From the NCBI GenBank assembly GCA_965235115.1, contig OZ249446.1:12958001-13022000 (forward strand): a stretch of DNA of 64,000 nt. The letters run 5' to 3'. Numbering within the stretch: the first letter of the stretch is position 1; every line of letters begins with the position of its first letter. Shown piece after piece: positions 53,201-63,921 of the stretch. This DNA comes from Laetmonice hystrix. Lineage: Eukaryota. A program made the translations under genes and the position numbers. The notes under the pieces are model-generated. The model was not told where the DNA came from. It ran no database searches and saw only the letters and a list, made by a program, of their open reading frames with translations.

Positions 53201-56200
53201 ACAATTTCGATTCAAGACATGCTCACAAGATGGGGATCTGTACACGAAAGCTTATACTCAAACCTGCGGAGCCTTGTAGCCAGGAAACGCATGGCTCGTT
53301 CTGGTTCTGATAGGACTTACCTAAAAGAATGTCGTGACCGGATATTGCTTTATTCTACCCATGTAGAGGCAGAGACTAAATGATGAGTACATTGATACAG
53401 AAGAAGAAATAAGGAGTACATTGATACAGGAGAAATGAGTACATTGATACGGAAGAGGATATGATGAGTACATTGATATTTTTTTCTCGTTTTATTTTAG
53501 TGCATTAAATGTATCAAAACACAAAGAACACCAGTACAAATACACCTCTGAAAGGCACAACTGAAAATCTGAAACGTCCACATACATTATAACTTCAAAG
53601 GAAGTGTCTCACAAAATTTCAAAACGTATTATGATATTATCATGTTGCTATTCTGAGGAGATGTGGTTCCATCAATAAAATGCCAAGTCTGATAAAACAA
53701 CAGCTTTTGGTATTTACAGCAACGCAATCTCCGTACTGAAATGTGACAAAAATTTAGTTATACTTTTAAAAAGGTGGATAGTCGAAGAGACACTAAGGTA
53801 TGACGTAAAAACCAGCTCAAGCCTCAAAGGTCAAAGGTTTACATTGAATTCAGTTGGTTTCCTCAACTGTTAATGGAGTAGCTTTCAGCACATTAAGCTT
53901 TCCGAGTCCGTCAAGACTGTTAAAAGGGTATGTTATAGGTATATGGGTGGTTCTCCTCTGTTGCTGTGAAAGGGGGTGTAGGCACACTTCAGGCTGGAAT
54001 GTGGGATCGTCCTCAGAACCCCACCGTAAGGCATATGAGAAAATGCTTTTAGTCGCTGACGCACCCCTCGCCCCTCAAGGCTACCAAAGGTTATTCGCAG
54101 ACATGACTAGCAATCAGGGATTGCTTTTAATGGGTCACATGCTTGGAAGAGCACGGTGAGGGAGAAGACCCAGCTTAAAGCATCCTCTGAAGATTAATCT
54201 TTATTCTGTGCGGTATGCTGGTGGCATCAGCATGATTATGATTCCACCCTGGCATGTGCGTGAGTTGCTTTGAAATAGATTTCCATAATACACCTGCAGT
54301 TTGTATGGCAGGCACCATATTGCGCAAGTAACTGTAAATAATAACGGATTTCATAGACAACCTAAAATGAATCATCAATGTATGCAATGTACACATGTTG
54401 TTGTGCCAGAAAATTTACGGTACAGAACCTTGGCTTCCTTCAGGAATATGGGGTATTGATGAATTGAGGCAGATAATTTGCCAGTTCCGTTTGGACGTTT
54501 TACCGGACACAAAACATCATTACGCCATTTCGTTTTGTCACCAAATCAAGTTGCACGCCTGAAACTAGATAAGAAAATCAAATAAGGTTTGCAATCACCA
54601 ATTTCCGTCTGACCTTTCTTTAAATGGCAGTGAATCATCATGTGTTTGATGATTGCCTGATAATGATTCTCTGATAATGATGTCGTGTCTTAAAGACCTA
54701 CTTAACAACGTGAAATGGCGGTATTGACAGATGCGTGATACAGTAACAAGCCACAGACCAATTTATTATATCGCTCTGAAGATTTATTTGATCATGTGAT
54801 GAATGTTTTAGGAACCACAAAACACATGAGACACAACTCCAGGGCCGTAGCCTGTGGGGAGAGGGGGCAAGGGGCTCAGTAGGCACTGCCCACCCCCCGC
54901 GTTTTGGGCCAGGATCATTTCCACCCTGGTGTTCTACCGTCCACCGCGTGTTGCATTATCTCACAATTCGGAGTTATCAAAAATACCAAAACCAGTGTGA
55001 TGGCTAGTGTAAGGGTGGTAAAGAGAAAGCACAAGGAGGGAAATGCCTTCTTGCTGGGAGCATGATATGTCTGGACAAGCACTTTATTGAATGAAGCCGT
55101 GTATGAAATATGGCCTTGAGTTAGTGTCCAGCCAAGGTGTATGCTAAAGCCCCCGGCACTAATCCATTGAAAGCCTCTGCTTGTAAGTAATTGAACACTG
55201 GGTTACAAGCTAGACTGTGGCAGAGAGGTTGGGTCCGGGAGTACCGGCGGTCGGGAAGGGCAGGGCATGTCTTGTGGAGTACTGGGATCGATACTGATAA
55301 AAGTCCTACATAGATTCTGCTGCCGGAAATGGACTTATACATCGTGTGAACAAGGCGTGGTTTTCTTGGTAAACAACAGCCAACTCCTACTCGGTTGGCT
55401 GCCGTGTTGTTCTCTGAGGAACTGCCCAAGCAGGGAGGATTTCCTGCTGAAAAAATGGATGTGTTAATCATATAATCTGATTTCTTGACGACCAAAATGT
55501 AATCTAATAACGGCATAGAAATTGTCATATCAATCATACATACAATCATGTGGTAAAATCTTCACCCTTGGGTGTCTACTACAGTACACACTTGATTTGT
55601 TATGTCTTTGCACAAGCCTAGAAGTACAAAAGTATACGCAGGATTTAGTCATACAGACTGTATGCATGCATATTTTTCCTTTTCCTGACAGTTAAATCAG
55701 TGAAAGTTGATAAGCGTTTGCCCGTGGGAATCATCTTGGTGGCAGTGAATGTCTTCAGACAGAGAGAAACTTGAGTCACTTATTGTCTGCTCCGCTGTAG
55801 TCGTCCACATATCAGTGGCTGAATTCCCGACAAAGGACACATTTTCCCTACCAGTTCCGAAATCCCTCTGGTATCCTGGCACAATTGAATCCTGCACTGC
55901 TGCCGTCCAAAGGGACTTGTCTGGCGTGAATCCCCATGTGCTGCGGTGTGCAAGTAGGGTCGTGGGGCTAAGACGAACTGTCCTCAACTTGCCGAACTCT
56001 CCCGGCCAGCTCATCAAAGACATTTGCTGCGTGAATGACGCCGCACCTTTGTAAGTGTGCGATGAGATGGGCCGGTAGAGTGGCATTGTCAAACGATGAG
56101 AGCAGACAGCAGCACAGACTCGTCTGTATTTACATATCGTCGCCGGCGGGGAAGCAAGACGGTGAATCGTATTGAACGATTCCAATGGTCGTTGTCTCTA

Positions 56201-57714
56201 AATGCATTGACGCGTTTTTCACGTGGTCGGCCAGCAGACAGAGACAGGACAGCTGATTGCTTCACGCCTCACACCCCTGACGACGTGCCACACCTCATTG
56301 TGACACCCCATTGATTAGAATCTCAACGGGCCTACCCTCCCAGGTCATTTCATTTGGAAACACATGATTTTTAAGAAACCGGTTGAATGACTATCGTCAC
56401 GTCCTGGAGGATGTTGTATTCAAATGAAAATGTTAAGGCGTTTCAGATTCGTCTTTGTTTGTCCGACGTCCTCCAGAGCTCCTTCTCCAGGGTTCTTGGA
56501 GAGATCTGTTCTGGTACCAATACACATTCATTGGTTGAGACCAGTGGTGTATAACGTAGATCTCGTAAAAAATAACTTGTTTCTTTCTTTCCTCTGCTTC
56601 CATAGGACGTCCACCAAGTAAGTGTTTCTAGATTCCTGGTGACATTGCATGGGGGGCATGCTAAATTTGATACCAATATACATGTGTTTTCTAACAGCAC
56701 AATACAGAAAACGGAATTAATCGTTCAAGTAAAGGTAAACTAGCAAAAAATTCTGAAATCGGCATTCCTAAAACACATTGATACTTGGAGTCATTAACTA
56801 TGGAAAGCTGTCACTAATTACATCATTCTGGGTTCATTTCCTGGCAAAATTTATACCGGATAATTTGAAAAAGACGATTGTTTTTTCTGCCCAGTTTTTT
56901 TTTTCTTTTTTGCCATTACTGGAAAGAAAAACGATGACGTTTGTATCTAATAATGGGCATAAGATGAATATCTTTTCTGTAATCTATTGACCAATAGTTA
57001 GATTGTCATATTAGAGGTAGAAGTATTTCTCAATACGCCGTAACAGAAATATACCGCAGTGATATTTAGAGTCCATAATCTAGTCAATGTCAGCACTAGT
57101 TACATCATTTTGTTTCGATTGCTAACTGAAAGCTGCGGACAAAATCACCTCCTATTGAAAAAGACAATGCTGACATCTTCGCGCTTGGAAGAGTTTTGCA
57201 ACTTGTTCAATCTTTCCCTCCGCTTTAAGAATAGGAAAGTTAAGAGGAGCTCTAGCCGGGTCCAGTTTTTAGTTGGAATCAAAATCTGGGCATGGCTGCT
57301 AATTGGATAGTCTCACCTAACCTGCCAATCGGGAGCCTTAAACCACGTATCGAATGCTACACTGGAGACATTTCGCGAACCAATAACCAGGGGAAGGCAG
57401 ATGTTGGGCTCTCCCTACCTTTGTGATGGATTGCAGAACGGTTCGTAATATACGTTATATATAATATGTTCGTTTTTCAGGACTGCATATCGTGCTGCAA
57501 CTACGCGTATTGCAACGAGCTGGTGCCTTCTAACTTCTCAACAGCGCTCATGTACTCAACAATCACCAACAGTGCCTCAGCTGTATCCAGACATACGCCA
57601 CTCTCATCCATACTTACGTCCTTGATACAAATGACGTTACCACCATTACTCCACGTATGCCTAACCATCAGCCTACTGACTCCCATCTTCAGGCGGTTGG
57701 AGTTACTACACTAG
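26154..57714 (+). CDS. LYPD6: LYPD6/LYPD6B-like Ly6/uPAR (three-finger) protein, spliced CDS join(26154..26277,31633..31713,51635..51774,57481..57714), 192 aa
   Basis: The exons splice in frame with canonical GT-AG sites (124+81+140+234 = 579 nt). Product: MALVLDLVYAASLVHAYVINAIVGEPQGNGLIFPSSPQIYVAITCWTCPNKTDNEACNNWAPERICPTNYTICQTIHRINVRTGESMLVNKRCALPSECSIDMVGCHDTHIPGLEDCISCCNYAYCNELVPSNFSTALMYSTITNSASAVSRHTPLSSILTSLIQMTLPPLLHVCLTISLLTPIFRRLELLH. The 12-Cys spacing, CN-x-WAP-x-x-x-CP, KRC and CC-x4-CN match vertebrate LYPD6 as I recall it (CFTC..CNRWAPDIYCP..TKRC..CTSCCEGNICN). The symbol denotes family likeness; orthology is not tested. Confidence 0.85.
28100..28550 (-). mobile_element. Decayed LINE RT N-terminal fragment
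   Basis: AHSLDGL..EFK (A.G.DG..E..K-like) and IW..PHKKGEK (W..PI.KKG.K-like). Confidence 0.3.
31633..31713 (+). CDS. LYPD6: LYPD6-like LU-domain exon 1 (xAITCWTCPNKTDNEACNNWAPERICPT)
   Basis: Acceptor gtctatttcAG (31631-32), donor A|gtaagt (31714). 81 nt, phase 1-1, 4 Cys including C-x2-C. Confidence 0.95.
34380..34810 (+). mobile_element. Decayed Gypsy gag relic (PNMA-like capsid)
   Basis: TFDSTE, TPGE..VLHWRIE, FQGGCPD (F.RGCWD-like), LKDEDRR (LR.EE.R-like), with stops in between. Confidence 0.3.
35050..35520 (-). mobile_element. Decayed LINE endonuclease fragment
   Basis: FHILSL..IDSL, EIPSHHFVEKTERRKGG (IPGY.F.R.DR..KGGG-like), KNLII, ENK..GGSYLNVN (GDFNIN-like). Confidence 0.4.
39430..40290 (-). 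mobile_element. Decayed Ty3/Gypsy integrase core and C-terminus
   Basis: PPYHA..SG..DR (PYHP.SNG.AER-like), YCKRTTP..HGLTRPIKTL (YR.TP..LMGR.IRT.L-like), FFRD..G..RRYI (V.VRD..G..RSY-like). Confidence 0.45.
44330..44712 (-). mobile_element. Possible decayed LINE endonuclease fragment
   Basis: KKEVGMCL (KGGGV.L-like) and VCYGTPDS (VCYRPP-like). Weak. Confidence 0.25.
44950..45660 (+). mobile_element. Decayed RTE/L1-type LINE RT relic
   Basis: KKGSRCSPHEN (KKG..C.NY-like), FDRAYV at 45258 (DF.KAYD), GV..GDALP at about 45532-45555 (GV.QGD.LSP), ADEI at 45641 (YADD), in the correct order. Confidence 0.5.
51635..51774 (+). CDS. LYPD6: LYPD6-like LU-domain exon 2 (NYTICQTIHRINVRTGESMLVNKRCALPSECSIDMVGCHDTHIPGLE)
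   Basis: Acceptor tgtgtttgttgcAG (51633-34), donor GAG|gtacgt (51775). 140 nt, phase 1-0, 4 Cys including KRC. Confidence 0.95.
52560..53090 (-). mobile_element. Decayed CR1/L2 LINE RT fragment
   Basis: SPNDKDVHVLTLA..LALFS..RFP (GPD.I..VLK..LFN..FP-like), RNYPP (NYRP), MGFG (Q.GFR). Confidence 0.35.
53385..53478 (+). repeat. Degenerate minisatellite, 4 copies of invariant GAGTACATTGATA
   Basis: Copies start at 53385, 53414, 53437 and 53466 (periods 29, 23, 29), with purine-rich related linkers. Confidence 0.9.
55697..56185 (-). mobile_element. Decayed CR1-type LINE RT (longest ORF in the track, 162 aa)
   Basis: LYRPISS (NYRPISL), STWGFTPDKS (QWGFRPGRS), DFGTGRENVSF (LD.G.EV..VF). Confidence 0.6.
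57481..57714 (+). CDS. LYPD6: LYPD6-like last coding exon (DCISCCNYAYCN plus hydrophobic C-terminal anchor signal)
   Basis: Acceptor cgtttttcAG (57479-80), phase 0. Carries the Ly6 hallmark CC-x4-CN, a Ser/Thr/Ala-rich linker and a hydrophobic tail. Stop TAG at 57712-14. Confidence 0.95.
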   Translation, partial: DCISCCNYAYCNELVPSNFSTALMYSTITNSASAVSRHTPLSSILTSLIQMTLPPLLHVCLTISLLTPIFRRLELLH

Positions 57715-58484
57715 CACTGCTGGATATACCATTCAAGTACCATTTTATTAATATGATGAGAAGCAATTTTGTGGTCATTGCCTCCACAGTAGTTCCGGTA
57801 GCCAGAGGCAATATTCGTATTCAGAAGTCTGACAAGAATCCGGTGGGCCCTGTGAAATCAGGGAAATTACATTTCGATGGTTTAGAGTCATGGAAACCCG
57901 GAACCGGCGTTATTGTGACCGGTTGGTAGCAGTAGGTCAGAAGTCAATAGAAATGGAGATCTGTTTCAAAGTTTGGAGAGGAATTGTAATATTTGTCAGT
58001 TGTTGCCCCTTTGTGTGAGCGACACGTAACCTGGCGGGGTGTCCTGGTGTTACGTGTACGTGAGCAACACCGTCTCACTGTTAACCCTATTGTATTTTAA
58101 CCATTTTATTTTTACCATTAACAACGGGAATTTCAAGTATTATTTGATATTGGGTCCCATGACGTATACTTGTTTTGCCGCTAATATCACCATCATCTGC
58201 CCTGACTCAGAGTGGTCGGGGCAGGGATATCCACAGACGTTACGGCTAAGGTTGGCACGGTTGGTTGGCCAGTGTAATTATGTATAAAAACTATCCTGAA
58301 TGTTGTGATCTTGGGGGACATAGTGTTCCGTAAACTACAGTAACCGTTCGGGTGCCTGAGTTGATATACAACGATCGTAAAGTGGGCCTCCATCTCACCA
58401 TGGCTGCGTCTACCGGTACCATAATATGCGAGGACGCGAACAAGGAGGAGGAAGTTCAATATCAGTGCGGAGTCCACAACGGGA

Positions 58485-58606
58485 CAGTTCGTAAAAGCTT
58501 AAGATCTTGCTTAAGCTTAACACTTCTGATTGGCTGGTCTGATTAGACCAGCCAGTCAGGAACCTTAAGCTTAAGCTTAAGCAAGATATTAAGTTTTTAC
58601 GAACTG
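58485..58606. mobile_element. Fold-back (palindromic) MITE-like element
   Basis: Left arm cagttcgtaaaagcttaagatcttgcttaagcttaacacttctgattggctggtct versus reverse complement of the right arm cagttcgtaaaaacttaatatcttgcttaagcttaagcttaaggttcctgactggctggtct. 4-nt loop gatt at 58541-44. No TSD identified. Confidence 0.9.
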
Positions 58607-58763
58607 GTTGTATCGTTGGCTACTGAGGATATTCAAGAAGCAAGGCCGTATCTACAGTTGATGAATTAGTGTATATTTTTATCGAACGCTCTGTTGTGAT
58701 GTATGGTATTATGAGCGGAGGTAGGCCGCGAGTTTTGCCTATAAGTGTTTTGTTTGAAAGTTA

Positions 58764-58769
58764 AATAAA
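58764..58769 (+). terminator. Candidate polyadenylation signal of the LYPD6-like gene
   Basis: First AATAAA I found downstream of the stop codon; another lies at 58996. No transcript evidence. Confidence 0.3.
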
Positions 58770-61254
58770 AACCGAAGTATTACCGAGGTAACCTGCTTAC
58801 CAATGTGTGAAACATTGGAGCAATAATTTGATAATGAAAAGCGCCAAATGTTACAGGTGTGGTAGAGATATATATCTGAATAAAAATCCAGAAGAACGAA
58901 TAACGTTGAATAACGTTTTCGATAGCTAAATGGTCTCTGCTCTAACCTTGTAATAAAGGACAGCGTAATGTATCTAATGAAAATGGCAACCAATGAATAA
59001 ACCTAGACGGGTTTTTGTGGTGAGGAGGGGGGGGGGCTATGTTAATGGGTGTAATTGTATACCTATAAATGAAATCCGAAAATGGAAGTGGTACCTGGCT
59101 GACTTTACTAGTACATTTGTGCGTGTAAAGCAGCTCTGGGTCTTACTGTTATGGATGTTTTTCAGACGTTTCTTCATTCATTTTTATCGGATACAGTTAT
59201 TGGGACAGTCGATTATACCGTCGGGTAACTCGTGCGTTATCTCCTTATGTCTGTAGCTGACTGCTTTCGTCAGACAGATGTTTCCAGCTCGAGCAGGCCG
59301 GAAATGGTATAATTCTTCTACTTTTTTGGTTGAGAGAGAGATTAGCCCCTAATAATGAAATTCTGTAATTCTACCAGAAACTGGGAGAAAATGAGAAGAG
59401 AATGGTGTTATACAGAAGCTCATCCATGTAGTGAGTAGGGTTAGAGGAGGTCCATGAAGGAACCTCGGGGAGAAACGATAAACAAGCAGACCGGGGTGTG
59501 TGTTTGGCTGTTGGGAGAATACCCAGTCCAAGTCTGCCTGACCTCTCGTGCTTGGGAGTAGAAAACATGTCCGCCTCAAGCTTCATTTCCCCCGGATCCT
59601 TGACCGCGGACATCGCATTTCTTTTCATTTGCTACACAGCCCCTATCAACAAATCATTCCCCATATGTCTGTGTTTGGATCAACTGGAATTACACCAGAT
59701 AACAACAGAGTCACATCTTGCTGCCATTAATGTTTGGAGTTCTTTTTACCACACACGTGATTTTATATACCATTCATGGATATACTCGTCACAAGGTTCA
59801 CTGCCCACTACAAAATGTTAATTAAGGCTATTACACATCAGTTCTCGCTAGCACTACTAAAATATATTATGCCGTGATAAAACTTACATTTCTAAAACAT
59901 AACATATATTGTCGACCGTGTCATTTCCGGGTCATTCAAGCGCCCTTTTTTGTCTGGATTCGATCTTCTTATGATAACAAATGGCTGTATTTAAATTTCC
60001 ACCTGTGTGCTTACGTATAAATGTTCCATGCTTTATGCCCTAAGAAGCACTCGGTTGTGCCTTGAACATATTGCGGCATAATGCATTCTATAGCCTTCCC
60101 TCCCAGGTGAACTATCTACTAATTGAGCGGATTCGGTTGCCACCAGACCCAGCTCTCTCTGGTCGTCGTCTTGTCGTGGTAATGACCTTTAGACCAGGCG
60201 ACTCTGCCGGACAAGCTCAAGCTCTTTAATGTTTATTGTATTTCCGGCCAAAATTATCAGCCAGTCTTGGCGATCGATTGGAAATAAAGTATCGCCTATA
60301 GTTGCAGACGGGGAAGAGCAAGACCGCAAAGTCTCACGCCTGCCGTCCGTAGAGAGGTGTATGGATTGGCACGGTCTGCCAGTAAACCTACGGTTTTGCT
60401 TTGCTTTGGAAAATGTGAACATCTTTTGGTGGCAGAATTGAAAGATAAGGCAAGAGCAATGCAGACATGCTATAAGTATCATCACATCAGTTACGTGAGA
60501 TAAGTTACATTGTTGTCCCTCACGCTAAGGCGAGATACTCTCCGTCGTATATCGTCATTGTTACATTATATAGGCGTATTTAATGGTTAACAAACTTTAA
60601 ATTATCATGTTACTTGTCAACAGTTACAGCTACAGTTCTTAATGAACGCCTAACAACATATGTGATGTTAATAGTTATAACACTTTTTTTAGTTATAACA
60701 ATTTTATTCAATTAAACAATGTTAAATTCAGTCCGGAATTTTTCCAGAGGTCTTGTTTTGCATTGTAGATTGCGAAATGATTTTATGGCGGCTTTCAGCG
60801 TTATCTGTCCGGTAGACATATATATATTGTCATTATTTACAGATAACTGAAATGTTGTATATTGCTGTCTTGACGAAGGATTTGCGGGGGGGGGGGGAGA
60901 CGTCACGTCATCATCAGGAATTGATGTCCTTCATCATGGCTTGAACATACATCCTAAGTCTGTTCTGTAGTCTATGTCATATTAAATGGTATTCTGAATT
61001 GTTATGGGGTATGCATGTTGTCAAGGTCCTTTCAAGGAGCTGTACATTACACCAAATATAGTGTTCTCAAAGATATAATTTCATATGTAACACGATCATC
61101 GATAGACATATTAAGTCCCGTTTGATAACTCCGGTACAGGAGTGATGGTCTTGGCGTTCTGAGATATCATATACTTGGAGGATGAACCAAATTATTTGAC
61201 TTTACCCTGGACCGTAGAACTTCTCGCTGCAGGGCTGAGTCTCAATGTGTATCC

Positions 61255-61668
61255 TCAGCAATAGGCTATACGAAAACCACTGTATGCCATATACATATCT
61301 ATGGAGCAGTATGTAATGTATATTATACAGACGCGCCAGCATATATTGTATCGGGAAATAGTAGCGCTCGATATTTCCCAAACAATTTCATCCTCGTTCT
61401 CATAAACCATATATATCGAGCGTTTTGGTCTTGGCATTGTCAAATGCTGGTCATATTCATTCAAAGTGTTTATATCTGGCGACCATAGCTTGGGGTCACC
61501 AGTCGTATGGATAGAGGAGATAGAGATTTCAAGGATACCGGGTTGAGTATACCCGACGTGTGAAGACGTAACTGTCCATACGGGGTATGTACAAAACATT
61601 TGGTACCTCAGCGATTTTGCTGCAAGCCTGTCGGTTGACAATAACGTCAATACTACTACTATGTCCAC
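61255..61668 (-). mobile_element. Decayed CR1 LINE endonuclease fragment
   Basis: TTGDPKLWSPDIN (IIGDFN.PDINW-like), PRPKRSIYMVYENEDEIV (PTR..LDLV.TN..EII-like), SRYNI (SDH). Confidence 0.4.
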
Positions 61669-62648
61669 ATGTTGTCCTGCCGATACGACGTACGAAACTC
61701 ACTAAGTCGTTTTGTGCCCCTTACAGATGTATTTATATTATATAAAAACAACACTAACATGGTCTTATTGTTATTTGTCCTGCCGCCCGCACCCCTACCC
61801 CCACACCACCCCTGAAAACTGACTATTTTATTAATGGGGCATATAGGCCATGGGCACCTTATCAGGTGAAAGATATGGCAGTTCAGCTGTCTGTATTTTA
61901 ATAAGGCTTCATAGAAACTCGGCACAACGCGGCGACATAAGATCCAAAATCAACATTAAATTCAAGAAAAGGTTGTAAAAGGGTCGGAAATATTTGCAGG
62001 TTCTATCGAAACTGATGCACCAACACTTCAGTTCTGTTTAATTTCCTATTTTAGTTCAGTTTATAAACGCTAGGTGGAAAATGATATTGTTTTGCAGCGA
62101 CCTCTATTGAGGAGTGTCGCCATTTGGCTGGCCGCGTCCCTTTTTGATCACATCATATTTCAGCGTGCGAAACCTGGCCGTGATTCCAAGACAAGCAGGC
62201 AGACTTGCATCTTTCCCGATCACTGCCGACTTGTTCGTACTACTGGAATAAATAGGAGGTATATGAACCTATCTGCCGCCTACCGGATCTAATATTGTAG
62301 CCATGAAATACACGCGTTTCGACGACCGACTGCCCCGTCACCAGCTGGACTAAATTTTGATCCATGACTTCACGTCAGTAGTTTTTGTTAATTTCGTGGC
62401 ATCGTGTACAGTTTTGTTTAGTAGTTTGGCCATTTTACAGGTTTGTTTTGTTTATTTTATTTTGTTTTTGTGTTCTATCTTTGCCCTCGCTTGACCATCT
62501 CTGCTGGAATCTTTACTTTTTGTTTTGCGTTGTTTTGACATATTATTTGCAATGTCTTTGTACTGACCATAAACTTCACTGGTTTAATTTGTCATCTTGT
62601 ATTCCTTATACCAACTTGATAGGGGCATAAGCAACTCAAAAAAGTACT

Positions 62649-62774
62649 TTAACCAGTAGCGTACCCAGGGGCAGGGGTTTGTTGCCCACAGCCCCCGCAC
62701 AATTTTCAGCGCCTACGACGTTGGTTATTTCCAGCACCCCCCTGGGTCCAGTTTTTGGGTACGCCACTGTTAAC
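62649..62774. mobile_element. 116-bp MITE with 14-bp TIRs and apparent 5-bp TSD
   Basis: Element 62654-62769: cagtagcgtaccca ... tgggtacgccactg (13/14 inverted match), flanked by TTAAC at 62649-53 and 62770-74. Confidence 0.85.
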
Positions 62775-63714
62775 TCAAACATCAAACATTAAAATTACAA
62801 ACAAACGATCAAACCCATGATGACAAAACACATCAAAAAGCATTTCAAACATGGACACGATCAACCTTCAACATAAGAAAATTCCACATAGAAAAACAAT
62901 GAAAGAATAAACATGTAAGTAAATGATAAAGGTATCCACATACCTATACATTTTCTACCTGTTTACACTTATCAAAGTAACCGCCCTTCAAAAATTCCCC
63001 ATTCTTGTGGTTATTGTAGTAGATCTACTCGTACGTCACCTTCATCATGGGGTGGATATCGTAGATTGTGGAATTAAAACCTTCCTGTGCGATTTCCTGC
63101 CATATGATACCCTTGGAAAACTCGCCAACGAAACAGTCAGAGAGGCGGAAGGATAGACAGAAAAACGCACTAAACATCCGTATGGGTATAATTTTGTAAT
63201 TCCAAGCTATAACAAACTAGTCGCCTGCTTGCATGAGCGAACGCAATATCATCTTGAGTTGTCAAGGGAGCGTGGGAGGACGACGCAATATATGAACACT
63301 TCCTTTTGGAAATCCGCTTCAAAAAGTTTTGATGGGTGGGGTTTTGTTTCAGGCCTCATTTGGGGAACACATTGTACAAGATGGAGCATATAACTATGTT
63401 GGCAACAATATTAACCTTTAAATGCCTCTATATCCTATTAATCCTTTGTGATTCTGTTATCTCTTCTTACCTGAAGCCGTGGTAGAGCGTGACGCATCGA
63501 CCGACATTTTGTACTATAATAGTAGAGCGATATGCTTCACGGAGATTCTGAAATGAGAACACACTGCAGAAAGTAGGTTAAGGGATCCCTACGTGGCTGC
63601 CCGTGAACGACACTGGCCTATACTCACTCGGATACGAGTTTCGTTTTACATTATATTCATAAAGTATTCTTTTCCTGTACCTGATGAAGTACTACAGGTT
63701 CAGTTCGTAGGATA

Positions 63715-63921
63715 TCATAGAAGGAACACAATCATCTGGATGTCTTTGGACGCAAGGAAAACGCCATGACCATCTGGATGCTGGCTCTCATGGTGTGGAC
63801 TCTGGCTGGCCAGGTACAACTGTTGAGTGCTACCACCGCTGATGTCCACCATCATGCTGTCAGATTTCAGCCAAACCAGCTGCTCTCTCAGGGAAAGACA
63901 CCCAGGAAGGTAACCATACAT
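63715..63921 (-). mobile_element. Probable decayed DIRS-type RNase H fragment
   Basis: LREQLVWLKSDSMMVDISGGSTQQL resembles DIRS L.G.HVLVRSDNTTVVAYIN.QGGT.S..L, followed by QHPDG (HIPG-like). Confidence 0.35.

Noticed and set aside
53385-53478. CRISPR-like repeat-spacer appearance
   Set aside because: The repeat is only 13-14 nt, the spacers are 9-16 nt and resemble each other, there are no cas genes, and the context is a eukaryotic intron. It is a minisatellite.
53854-54159. ORF containing RLFADMT (LFADDT-like RT motif)
   Set aside because: Flanking RT motifs could not be placed convincingly. Left unannotated.
939-63921. The remaining 60-160 aa ORFs of the six-frame track as stand-alone genes
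   Set aside because: Lengths are at chance level for this composition, many start at GTG/TTG, and none shows a recognisable intact domain. The recognisable ones are TE debris or overlap the three LU exons.
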